64,000 nucleotides of DNA from contig OX597819.1 of NCBI GenBank assembly GCA_951406725.2, positions 28,024,001 through 28,088,000 of the forward strand, given 5' to 3'. The DNA is from Octopus vulgaris (Eukaryota). The notes beneath the pieces were generated by a model. The model was not told where the DNA came from. It searched no databases and was given only the letters and a program-made list of their open reading frames with translations. A program made the position numbers and the translations under genes. This document shows, in pieces, positions 40,467-53,880 of the stretch (position 1 is the first letter of the stretch; each line of letters begins with the position of its first letter).

Positions 40467-43400
40467 TACCCTACCACTGCTTCACAACTGCTGTTGGCTT
40501 GTTTACATCCTTAACTTGGTAATTCTGCAAAAGGGGCTGATAGAGTAAATACCAGGCTTAAAAAATAACTACTGGAGTCAATATGTTTAACTAAACTCTT
40601 CAAGGTGGTGCCCCTGTATGGCCAAATTCCACTGACGGAAACAAGTAAAAGATAGAAGATTAAATCTAAGCTGGGTTTTTTTTCTCCTCACTCCAAGTAA
40701 TTCTATTCAACTAAAATATTTGTTTTTGACTCATTTGCTACATAGAGTATATTAACACCTACTTAAATATAATTTGCGAGACTACATATTAGTCTTCCAA
40801 ATTAAATTATCTTCACCACCACCATCATCATCATCTTCATTTTCTGCAAATTTTCTCATGTGTTTCCAAGCAAAGTAATATTTCCTCATGGTCAAACATA
40901 TTTTCACAGAATATTAGAAGTAAATGACACTGCTTGTATGACAATGACAATCATTGTACAACTATTACACTGTAAAAACAAGGAGACTCAAACATGCATG
41001 CACTCACACATACATATGTATGTGTGTGTGTATGTATGTATGTATATGCAAGAGGAAGTCAAAAATTATCTGCACCTTCACCATAACATATCTTTATTAT
41101 TGTCACACTACCCTCTGCGCATGCATGCTTATAATTATTATTATGGTTACCTGATTGAAGTTTGAGCCTGATCATGCCATTTTTCTTTCTGGTTTTAGTG
41201 TAAGCATGGCAACTCCTCTAGCAATGTGCACCAAAAAAGAATAAAAAGCAGTGATTCGAGAAATGGTAATGGTGTACCAGCTTACCATTACCATCTCTCG
41301 AGCTTGCTGAATCTTCTCGTCAGTGGTGAAGGTTGACAGGCGCCCTGCTCCCTCTTCGTGCATCACGGTTGTCTGGTCACTTTTAAAGTTTTCAGTCCAC
41401 TCATACACACTTCTACACAGTAGTGCACTGTCCCTGTATTGTGCTAAAAACCTGTTATATCGGACGTTCAGATGGCGTACCTTCGCCAATGTCGTACCTC
41501 TACTCAACTACCAAACTCTCACTTCCGACGACTCAACTCAACATCTTGTCTACCAATGGCTCCAGCTCGCTTTACGCGACGCTTTTATGACTAGCTATCA
41601 CGTCTACTATTTATACATATTGGACTAGCTTACTTCTGCTTGTGGTTCTGGTACCTCAAACAAATCATACCATATATCCACTGGTTCCTCTCGCCTCTCT
41701 TGATTTTTGGTATATCTTTTTTTAATAGGTTTATAAGCACCGTTTTGAATTTATATATTTTCTTCTATCTGTACTTCCTTTACACATTTGTACATTCTTA
41801 TCATTGTATTCTATTTTCTTTGTATCATCTCAAAGGTTTATTATTTGTTGGCATTCCTCAGCCACTTTCTGCAAGGTTAGTTTCACATCTTCATTCAGCT
41901 TTGATAATATTCTTTTTCTAATTTCCATTGCCACCAGCCCTTTAACGAATATTAGGCACTTGAACATATCTGGCATTAATTTTTCCAGCTTAAACCTTTC
42001 GCAAGCCTTATTAACTATACCGGCATATGTTACAAAATCGTCGGACTTGTTTTTCTTTAAATTTAAACATTCCCACCAAATGTTAAACTGCAAACTTTTC
42101 TCGCTAAAAATATTAGTCAAAATATTCATTGTTTCATCAAAACACAATTCCGTGGGCTTTCTTGACAAAATAAAGTTACAAAAACTTTCATGTTCCGGAA
42201 GGGCAAGCTTTCGCAAAAGAAGTCTTACCTTCCTTTCACTAGACCATCCCTTGCATTCCTCTCGGAATATGTCTTCGTATCGTCTGTAATATGCAGTATA
42301 AGTAGTTCCTTCATCCGGTTTTTAGTGAAATTCTTCGATGGAATTTGCAACACCGTCCGCTGAAAATGATTCTGTTATATTTCTTGACTGCAGTAACAAT
42401 TCTGTTAACTTCTGTTGTTGCTGCTCTTACTGCTCTTCTAGTTTGACAACTGCTTTCAGTAACTCTTCCATTTCGGTACTATTTGAAACCTTGTCGCCAC
42501 TGTTATATCGCATGTTTGGATGGTGTACTTTCACCAATGACGTATCTCTAATCAACTACCAAATGCTCTTTCAATGACTTGACTCAACAGAACTCAACAT
42601 CTAGTCTACCAATGGCACCGGCTCACTCTACGTGACACTTCTACGACTAGCTATCATATCCACTATTCATACGTATTGGACTAGCCTATTTATCATCTGG
42701 GAGTGTCCACACAACAAAGCCTCTGATGAATTTCAGCACCTGACACACCTTCAAACCAGAGAAATCAGATCACTGCTCTTGTTCTTCTTTGGTGTCATGC
42801 TCACACTGTAAAGCCAGAAAGAAAAATGGTGCTATCAGGCTTAAACTTCAATCACATGACCACTACCAACTATAAGAATGCATGCACAGAAGGCAGTGTG
42901 ACAATAATAAAGATATGTCATGGTGAAGTCACAATATATGGATTTAAGTAATCCAGTAGTACTTGTAAAAAAACTCCTTCATGTGTCATTGTGCAAATTT
43001 GTCATGATATTTGGATTTTTTATCAATAAATAAAGATGCATCTAAACATTTCTATCATTTATGACTATATGTGTGTGTGTGTATACATATATGTGCGTGT
43101 GTAGACACACACACAACAGGTTTCTTTCAGTTTCTGTCTAGCAAATCCATTCAAAGGGCTTTGGCTGACTTAGAGTTATAATACAAGATACTTGTCCAAG
43201 GCACCACACAGTTGAACTGAACTTGGGACCATGTGGTTGGGAAATGAACTTCTTATCACACAGCCATACCTGTACATATACAAAAATTTTTATTAAGTCA
43301 TATTACACAAACCACCACCAGTGTAGTAATGGAGAAAGTAACAGAGTGGACATGATAGCAGGGAGGACTAGATGAGGCACAGGAGAAAAGGATTAGTATC

Positions 43401-43949
43401 AGGTGTTGGCAAGAAGGGGGTTATGTAAGTAGGGATCCAGTGACAGCGCACATTATAAAGGTGGGTACAGGTGGAAGATGTGAGAGGAAGCAGCAGCAAG
43501 AGAAATAAGTGAGGGGAGTTATGGATCTGTAAAGAGGAGATGGGGGAAAATGAAAGGGTGGGAGGTGAGATGACTGAAAAGCTTTGGAGACAGGAATATT
43601 TATCAACATTTATTAAAACCCTACCAGAATACAACCAGCCATCTCTGATCATATCAGCAGTAGCTTCTGGTCGGTTTAAATAGCCTTTCATTACTTGTGG
43701 ACCTTTGATACATAGCTCCCCCGTTTGCATTGGGCCTAAGATTTCGTTTGTTTCAGGATCAATTATCTAGCAAAGATACAAAGACAAACAACATCATTTA
43801 TACAAAATTAACTCTGCGTGTGTGTATGTGCACGTGTTTTTCTCTCTATTTTGGAGACAAGTACCAACATTTCCAAGTGGTTTGCTTAAACAATTGTGGA
43901 GATCTCTTCCACATGAAGCCAATGGTTGCCATGTTAAACCACAAAAAAG

Positions 43950-43986
<37 letters not shown>

Positions 43987-46900
43987 TCATCATCATCATC
44001 ATCATGATATATATATATATATATATATCATCATCATCATTGTTGTTTAATGGCCATTTTTCATGCTGACAAGAGCTGGCGAGACTCCAAATGTCTGTTT
44101 TGGCATGGTTGCTACAGCTGGATGCCCTTCCTAATGCCAACCACTTTATAGAGGGTGGTTGGGGTATTTACATGGCACTGGAACCTGTAAGACTAAGACC
44201 TCTCAGCTGGGAGAGGGAGTGAAGGAATGGTCATAAAGGGCATGCTTGTGTGGCCATACCCACCTCCCTCTCCCAGGTATGCCTGTATGTCTGTCTATAT
44301 ATGTGTATATGTATATATATTTATTCTTTTACTCGTTTCAGCCATGCAGCAGTGGTCATGCTGGAGCACCACCATAGTCTTTCTGACTTCCTCAGTCTGA
44401 GTGTTTCACATCAGCATTCCCATATGTGCCTTTGTCCCAACTGTTGGTATATTTGGTGTATAAATCCGCTGCCTTCATCTTCACCTCATGTCGGGCTATT
44501 GGCTCATCCAGTATTGTGGAGAGGAGGATGTCTAGTTCCTTTTTAAAGACATCTACTTCCACCTCATGCAAATTTCTTAATTTTTGTAGCAGGGCATTGA
44601 AGAGCTGTGAGCCTTTGAACCCTAGACTTTTGCAGTACCTGGTTCAGAATTTAGATGGAGTGGAAGGTACCTTTGGAACAATACAATGGCAGCCTGTTCT
44701 GGCATTTGTATAACACTCAGTTTCAGGTTTCATTAAGATCTAGTTATATCAACACGTAGGGCACCAGGATTGGCTGAGTACTTAGTATTGAGCCTATAGG
44801 ACATTGAAGCAACTCTTAGTTGTCATTTGTTAGCTAGCCACCTGTCTGTCCATCCGTACATATATACATACATACAGACGAGCATACATATATATAATGT
44901 CTTTTCTTTACTCTATCATCACATCTATGCCCTGATCCTTGTTATCTGTGAGTATACCCTGTCACTTCACTATATCTCTCCTGCTCTTTCTTACATTTTT
45001 GCTGTTTTCTACTCTCTTTCTCTTTCCCTCGCTCTTCCCTCTGGCTAGGTAGCCACATACCTCCCCTACAACAGCAAACCTATTTCTGCCCTTACTTTTG
45101 ATTGCCCTCTCTTTCACTGGGTAACCACCCACCTCCTCTATAACAAGACAACCTATTTCTGCCTCATTTCTGTCACACTGTAACCTTTCATCATCTGATA
45201 CTCCTCCAATGCCCTTCCATTACAGCAAGACACCTGTTTCTGCTTCTCTTTTGCTTTGTCACCCTCTAACCTTTCATCCTATGACATGACTTCTTCTCAA
45301 ATGCCTCTGTCCCTCTCAAAATTCTTTGTCTTGCGAGTTACTTGGCGATCCTGCTAGTGCTGGTGCTACGTAAAAAGCATCCAGTCCACACTGTAAAGTG
45401 GTTGGCATTTGAATGAGCATCAAGCTGTAAAAATGATGCCAAAACTAACCTCACCTGTTCTAGTGCCATGTAAAATGCACTGAGTCTACCCTGCAGAGTG
45501 GTTGGTGTTACACAGGACATCCAGCTGTAAAAAACCCCTGCCAAAACAGACACAGCAACATAGGGTAGTTTTTCTACCATCCAACCCATGTATGCATGGA
45601 AGATGGATGTTAAATGATGATGATTATATATATAGATACATATAAGTTGGCATGCCAACACACAAAACTCTCAGACCTTAAATCACTCTGTTACTTCTGC
45701 TAGATATCAATTGCCTAGAAACTTCTGAGCGTTTTTTAATATGCAAAAAGGGATATAAATAATTGACCTTTCAATAAATTTTATTCAATGAAATAAATTC
45801 CATTATTATTAATGATCTTTGCCCATCTATCAGGCAATTTAAATATTCCATCAGCATAAAATTTGACATGTTTTGTAGAAAAAATGTTATCTAGATGCAT
45901 TTTGACTCCATCTAAATTATTAAATGTCTTTCCTTGCAATGAGCTCTGTAGAGACAAAAACAAGTGGTAGTCAGTTGGTGCAATATCAGGAGAATATGGT
46001 GGGTGGAGTAAGAGTTCCCAGCCTAGTTCATGTAACTTTGTTTGGGTAGCCAAAGACATATGTAGTTGGGCATTGTCTTCTTGGAACACTACCTTATTTC
46101 TGTTGGCAATCTCTGGCCTCAATTCTTTGATTTTTTTGTTTCAAACCAACTAGGTGACAACAGTACACATTGGAGTTAATGGTGTGTGGGAGAGGCTCAT
46201 AATAAATAATGCCTTTACGATCCCACCAAACACAAAGCATACCTTTTTTGGCATGGATATTTGTCTTTGGGTTGCTGTTTGGGGGATCCTTAATGCAAAC
46301 TACTGGATCTTTTTCACATTACGTTTTCATACACAATCCATTTTTCATCTCCAGTTATGAAGGCATGCTTTCATTCTGTTTCAAAAGCATATCATAAACA
46401 GAATACCTGTCCAAGCAATTCTTTTCTGAGTGTTTGTGAGGGACCCATACATTATAATAAGAAATGTATCCTAACTTCATTAGTTGTTCATGAGCCACAC
46501 TTTTAGAAACTTCCGACTCCCTTGCAAGTTTTCTAGTCGTGGTATTTGAGTTTTCTTCAGTTTTTGTCTTCAAAACATCTTCATCCAAATTTGAAGGCCT
46601 TCCACTGTGACTGTCATCTTCCAAGCTAAACTCTCCAGTGTTAAATTTTGCAAACCACTATTGAACAGCATCATCACCATAAACTTCACAAATGTTTTTG
46701 CAAGTCTTTGCAGCATTTTCTTCTTTAAAAAAAGAAAAGTATTACAACACGAATATGAAATTTTTGGTTATCCATTTCAAATATCAATAAAGGGTAACCA
46801 GAATGAAAGGTAAATCTATTTTTCATCAAGAACAAAGAAGAGATGCATTACCACTTCAGGCAACACCAAAGTTTTAACTGTGTTACATTTTAGGTGTGTT

Positions 46901-49900
46901 CAATGAAGCGTTAAAATATTTGGCTTAAAAACGCTCAGAAATTTCTAGACAACCTTATTTATGATATTTGGATGGAAATGTTTAATAACTAAAGCATTTA
47001 TAAATTTGGTTTGTTATATTTTAAAGCAGTTGTAATTCTAAAGAGAAAGAGATATTTACCTTTGCAGCAGTATTAGGTATCAAAGTTCCAACAGAACCTT
47101 CGTGACGAATTGGTGGTACACTCACATGAACAACAGGGCTTGTTTCAGTCAGACCATAGCCTATTGCAGAACAATAAATATGGAGCAGACAATTATCTCT
47201 ATACATAAAAGTGGACATAAAATGATGATGATGACAATGATAATGATGATGCCAACGATATAATACATATAATATGAAAGAGCACTGGGTGCTTCCTACC
47301 CAACACCCTCTATCAACCTTACCACTCTCTCCCTTTCTTTCACAGTAACTACAGACTCCACTCTGTCTCCTCTATTATTTCTCCTTCCACCAATTTTTTT
47401 CTCTCCAATACTATCCTCTCACAACAACAAATCTGTTTCTTTTACTATCCTTTAATCTATACTCATTTAGATATGGCCTTGTGAGTTACATAGCAACCTC
47501 TCAAGTGCTGGCACCACAAGAAAAGCACTCAGCAAACTTTATGAAGTTATTAACAAATCAAACAGTAACAACACAGGGTTGAGAGGACTATTCAGTTTTG
47601 CCACGTGCAAGATAATCTCTATAGTTCTAGTGCAATAAAAAAAATGCACCTGGTCCACTCTGGTTGATGTAATGAAGTAGTTGATGTAATGAAGAGCATC
47701 CTATAACAGAACTCACAACAAAACTGACACACTGAGTCAAGATGTATAACTTGAACATTAGATAATTGTAGCATTATTTCAGACATAATTACATAAAAAA
47801 TATACAATCATAAGAGTGTAGTGTTTGTCTGTATTATTTAGAGAATTCAACAAAATGAGTATAGTGGACTTGCCATGGTGAGTGGAAAATCCAACATTTT
47901 AGACAGAGTTCATCTTCAGAGAAAAGTAAACAGCAGTGGGGTGGAGGGGGAGAGTTTTCTAACTTAGAAGTAAATCTCTGCTGTGTCTTATTAATTTCTC
48001 TCCTCAAGAAGGATTCTGTCAGAAATGTTGGGTCTTTCACTCCTCATGGTAAAGTCACTTTTTGCTGATTTTATTTATATATCATAAAATATATATATAT
48101 ATCGATATGCGATTGCCATTTTGAGGGAATCAAATTGTAGTGTGATGCTTTTCAGTAAATTTGTATCAATATATTCTGAGAAATAGGTGAAATTAGTGAC
48201 ATGTAGAGTATCCAACTGTAAAACCATGCCTCAAAATCAATTCCAGTTCAAGCCATGGTAGCATATATGTCTTTCCTTGTCTCTCAGTTGTTAATTGCAC
48301 AGTATTAGTTGACAGACAGACATAGAATGCAGAAAATATGATCTTTGTTAGAAAGACAAACTATAATGAGCACAACAGCAAAACTCAAATTTAGAACCAC
48401 ATGGTCAGTAGGATAACACCTTAAATTCACTGCTACTGCATTAACATCCTTTCTGCCACAAAAAAAAAGATTAATTATAATAAATCATTTACCTTGGATC
48501 ATTTCTTGAACACCAAGTCTTTCCTTACACTTTAACATAAGTTCTTTACCAAGTGGAGCAGCTCCTGAAAATACTCTTCTGATTGCAGAGAGATCATAAT
48601 CTTCTACAAGAGGGTGTTTAGCCAAAAACAAGATCAATGGAGGAACCAAGTGTACACCGGTTATCTGTAACATAGACACAAAATGAATGAATTGATAGAG
48701 ACATTATTTATACAGAATTTTTATGACAGAAAACTTAGGAATTAAAAATTTTTGTGATAAAACTTATTGGATTGTCAAAACACTGCAAAAGTCTTGGAAT
48801 GGCAAAGTAGATAAAGTATTGAATTACTGATTTTTGTTCATACTTTATATTATTTTTTTATGGGTAAGTTAGAGGAAAAAGGACAGAAAAATCAAAACTG
48901 CTGCAGGATCTTCAAAACTGTTGAGGGAAAAAGGGGGAAACTACTATAATTCATGGATTGCTGCTGATCATTATTTCTATCCCTGTAAGAAGACATAGGT
49001 GCAAGTGAGTCTGTCAGCAAAAAAGGCAATTTCTTGAGGTGTTACTCATGACATGAGGCTCTTCAGCAGCAAGCCAGATACACAAGAAACCTAACCCCAT
49101 GGGTAACATTCTAAAGATTAATGACACTGGTACTCTAACAAAAAGTGACTCTACACAAAATAATATGCAGTGGGGAGGCAGTACATAATGGTATTAAGTC
49201 ATTCTTACACCAGAGTCTTGTTTGTTACACAGTGATCCTCCCAAAATGGAGGTCGATGTGTTAAACTTTGTGACAAGTTAGAGTTACTGTCCAAGCAAGC
49301 ATTTCACTATATCCTGAGCAAGTTAGTTTTATATGCCTCAGTTCATTTATCTGTAGAAATTTTACTGTTACTTTTGACAGATTAACACCCCTATAATCAA
49401 GCATTCATTGGTTTTGAATTATAGAATTTAGACCTAAACACCAGCTTTAAGAACTTCTGTGGTTCTCGCAAACATTTATTATGTAGTTTGTTTTTTTAAA
49501 GCAATTTTTCTCTACCAAAGGTGAGTCTTTCTAGTAACATAATATTTATATTTACTTTTTGAGAACCAGTGCTATTAAATTAGTTTTTTTTCCTAAGACA
49601 AATAACATTAGAGTGCCAGACAGAATGCTTTGCAATAATCCTTCCAACTCCCTGTTTTGAGTTCATGTCACACTGAGATAAAATTTATCTTTCATTCATT
49701 CAAAGTCAAAAAATGAAAGAGCAATTCAGTGTGGTGGATTGGCAAAATTATTAGATCATCTGATGGGATGCTGTGCAATATCTGTTCTGGCTTTTTACAT
49801 TCTAAGTTCAAATTCCACATAAATGTGCTGATGTTTAGAGTAATTCACTGAGCTACATGAACACTCCATTCACCTTGTGATTGGCTAGTGTGGACAGATA

Positions 49901-52900
49901 AGCTCACAACCAGTAAAGACAAGTTAGCAAAAGCATGTTGGGGCCTTCATTCAGCAGTGGATTAATAACAGTTAAAAAGAAATATTGTTCAACACATCAG
50001 CACCTTTTTTTTATCTAAAAATGATGTGGTCAGCTCTGATTGAGTAAACTTATGATCACAGACATTCCAACTGTGACCATTCCATCTTTACATACATAAC
50101 ATCTCTATTGTCCACTATGTCATCCTTGTTTTGCTCTTTTGTTTATTTTTCAAATAGCTATGACTTGAGGGAGATTCATCTGCTACTTCTGTTAAGATAA
50201 GTAATTGTGTATAGGCCCTTTCATTCTTTCATCTACCCTACAAGTTATGTGGTCAAAGTGTAACTACATATAGAATATTTAGGGGTTGTGAGTTAATTCA
50301 TACGTTTACTGTTAAATTGATTTACTGTTTTTAAAGCTTAGTCAAGAGGGATAGAGTCTCTATGACTTTTTTTATAGGGCCACTGAGATTGGTGAGAGGG
50401 TGGAATAAAAAATGGACACTTCAAACTGGAGACCTACTCTGATTGCTTGCAAGAACCTGATGATGGTGTTAAACTGAAAACCAGATTAAATCTACCATAC
50501 ATGTAGGCCACATCAAAATTTGAACTCAGAATACAAATAGCTGGAACAAATGCCACAAAGCATTTTGTCTGATACTCTAATGATTCTGTCAATTCATGTG
50601 GCTGGATTGTTATTTTGTCTGAACCCTAACAGGCTTGCCATCTCACAACCTCTATTTAGAAATAAAGTAAGTTAGGGCATTCCCTTAATCCTATATTTTT
50701 ATTCCATTTGAATATCATTTTATGAAATGTTTAATAATGTCATGAAATTATTTTGAATAAAACTCATTAAAAATGATTTTGCAAATTTCCTTACCCTATT
50801 CTTGCTTAATGTTGATAAGAAAATTTCTGGTTCAAATTTTGGTAAAGTGTATATTGAACACCCATTTGTAATAGTACCAAACAGTATGCCGACCATTCCA
50901 TAGACATGGTAAAATGGAAGAAGTCCAAGCATTCGATCAGAAGTATCAAGTTTTAGAACACTGCAATAAATAGCAAATTTTAAGCAATTTACAAACATCA
51001 TCATCATTATCGTTGAACATCCATTTTCCATGCTAGCATAGGTTAGACAGTTCAACTGGGGTCTGGAAAGCCAGGAGGCTGCACTAGGCTCCAGTTGATC
51101 TGGTAGTGTTTCTACAGATGGATGCTCTTCCTAACGCCAACCACTCCGTGAGTGTAGTGGGTGCTTTTTACGTATCACCGGCACAGCGGTGGCAACATCC
51201 ACAATTGGTTGGTGCTTTTTACGTGCCACTGGCACGGGTATCACAACTACAATTTCCATTTAATTTTTTTTTATGTTGATGTACTTGACTCAATAGGTCT
51301 CTTCAAGCACAGCAGGTTGCCCTATGATCTAAGGCAGGGGTGGGCAAACTTTTTTGATCGCGGGCCGCACAGTGCGTCTTTGGAACCTTGGCGGGCCTCA
51401 TTTATAAAAATCAAGTGAAAATATTTTTAAAGGCGGTTATAGACCTATAAACACACAATTGATTGAAAGGAAATTTTGTGAAATATTCCTCTCGGCGGGC
51501 CGTAGGAAAACCTATGGCGGGCCGCATGCGGCCCGCGGGCCGTAGTTTGCCCACCCCTGATCTAAGGTAAGCACAACAGGCCATCCTGCAAGCCATGAAC
51601 TCACTTCATTTGTCAGGTCTTTGCAGTCACAGCATATCTCCAGAGGTCTCGGTCTTTCGTCATTGCCTCTGTGAGGCCCAACATTTGAAGGTCATGCTTG
51701 ACCACCTCATCCCATGTCTTCCTGGGTCTACCTCTACCCCGGATTCCTTCAACTGTTTGCGAGTGGCACTTCTTTACACATCTCTCTTCATCCATCCATA
51801 GTACATGACCATATCAATGCAAACGTCTCTCCTGCATGCCACATCCGATGCTTCTTATGTCCAACATTTCTCTCAGGGCACTTACACTCTGTTGTGCATG
51901 CACACTGACATTACACATCCAGCGGATCATGTTAGCTTCATTTTATTCGAGGCTATGCATGTCCTCCACAGTCACAACCCATATTTCACTGCTGTGAAGC
52001 ATGATAGTTCGCACACATGCGTCATACCATCTACCTTTCACTCTGAGTGAGAGACCAGAACATCATAAAAATGGTCCTTCTGATCATTTGGTAGCCTTGC
52101 ATGTGGGAGCGTAGGCAGAGATAATTGTTGCTGCGCTGTTCTGCAGGACTAGCCTGAGCTTAAGCACTCTATTGCATACCCTAACAACCTCTATGACCTT
52201 ATCCACCCATTTCTCTGCAAGGAGTGTGCCTTCACCCCTACACCATCCATGTTACTTTGCTAGAAGACTTTATACCTATGTACTTTGCTTGTGAGGACCC
52301 TAGCTGAAGCTCCTCTCCATCTTACCTCTTGTATGCAGCATACATCAACCCGTCTCCTTTCAAGCATCTCTACAATCTCACTAGACCTACCTTTCAGTGT
52401 GCCAACATTGACAGTGCCAACTCTGAAAACTGGGAAGGGAATATGGGGTGAGGTTTGGGGAGAAGGGATGTTATTCAGCGCCTGAAAAGAGGGTTGTTGT
52501 GGTGTTCGTTTTTGAGGCAGGCTTCAGCTGTTCTCTCTTCCGACCTGACAACATTCAATCATTCAGGCATGTTAAGATTGTTGCCCCTACTAGAGGTAGG
52601 AGCTGGTGTTAGCAGTGTTGTAAGCATAAGCATTATGGTCATTGAATGATGTAGATTCAAGTGGTGTAGCAAAAATAGGGATATTCCAATGTTAGGTTAG
52701 GAGGGAATCAGCTGAAACTGATTGCATTTGTCCAAGTAGAGGGGGATTGCAGGTAACCACCAGGGGGAAGTGTTCAGACAGAGAGATAGGAAACAAGCTC
52801 ATTCCTATATATACACAAGCACACCTACACACAGGAACAAGCACATATGGACAGCTAAATAGCTTTCTCCTTCACTTCATAAGGCCAAAGAAATTCCTGG

Positions 52901-53838
52901 GTAGTTGTTGGCATGTTTCTATACAGAATGAAAATGGAATGAAAGATAGTCAATTAAGTAGGTGGGCAGATAATCTGGTTGTTTGTCCCAGTAGAGAGAT
53001 AGAGAAAAAGAGGGAGAAGAGGTAGAGAAGAGAGGGAAAGAGATAGAGAAAGAAAGGGAGAGAGATAGAGAGGGTGCAGGTAATATAGGGAACAGCACCA
53101 GTGAGGAGGGGGAATTGGGAGAAGAGATAACTGGTAGGGGTGGTGACAAAATCTAGACAGAGCAAACGTAAGATAGTTGGTGAAGTGGGTGAGTGGATGA
53201 GCAGCTGAGAAGGCTGCATTTGTCCTAGGAGAGAGAGAAGTCAAGGTAATATATGGAGAACAGCCCAGTGAGGAGGAGGTTGGGAGAATCAACACAGGTA
53301 ATGGTGGTGGGAGAAGGGATATCTGGTGTAGATCATGGGAAGGTAGATATCCGGTATTGGTGGTGGAGGTGGGAAAGGGCGGGTGCACCGCGAACAAACA
53401 AAGTTTTGTTTGGAGACAGAAGGATGAAAATCTGGTAAAAAGAAAGAGATAGAATTAAAATTATATTTTGAGGGAACATTTTCAATGGTTAGCTCATGAA
53501 AACAAGCTGTTAGTAAATAATACATTTAAGTGTTAATGGCAAATGAGTACAGGAACAGAAAAACTAAGAATCTTAGCTTAGCTTCTCGACATCATTTGGC
53601 GAAGGAATGGAATGAGACCACATGAGACAGGACTTTTTAAACAATAAGCTGCAATCAGAAGCAAGTTTAGTTTGGGGACAGAGGAACGAAAATAATGGTG
53701 ATAAGAATTAGAGCAAAGTTTTGTTTGGGGACAGAAAAAAGAAATTTTTGTGTCATCATTAATAACATTGAAGAGAGAAGAAAAAAAATCAAAACAAGTA
53801 GTTTTAAGGATGGTTTCTAAGAATATTAAGTAGTGAAG

Positions 53839-53880
<42 letters not shown>

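Noticed and set aside
45781-46122. SETMAR-like host gene
   Set aside because: Transposase fragment only, within TIRs, with no SET domain and a broken upstream frame.
47885-47925. Further hammerhead-like strings (also ~2810-2850 and ~2515-2560)
   Set aside because: Core and stems are too degenerate to support.
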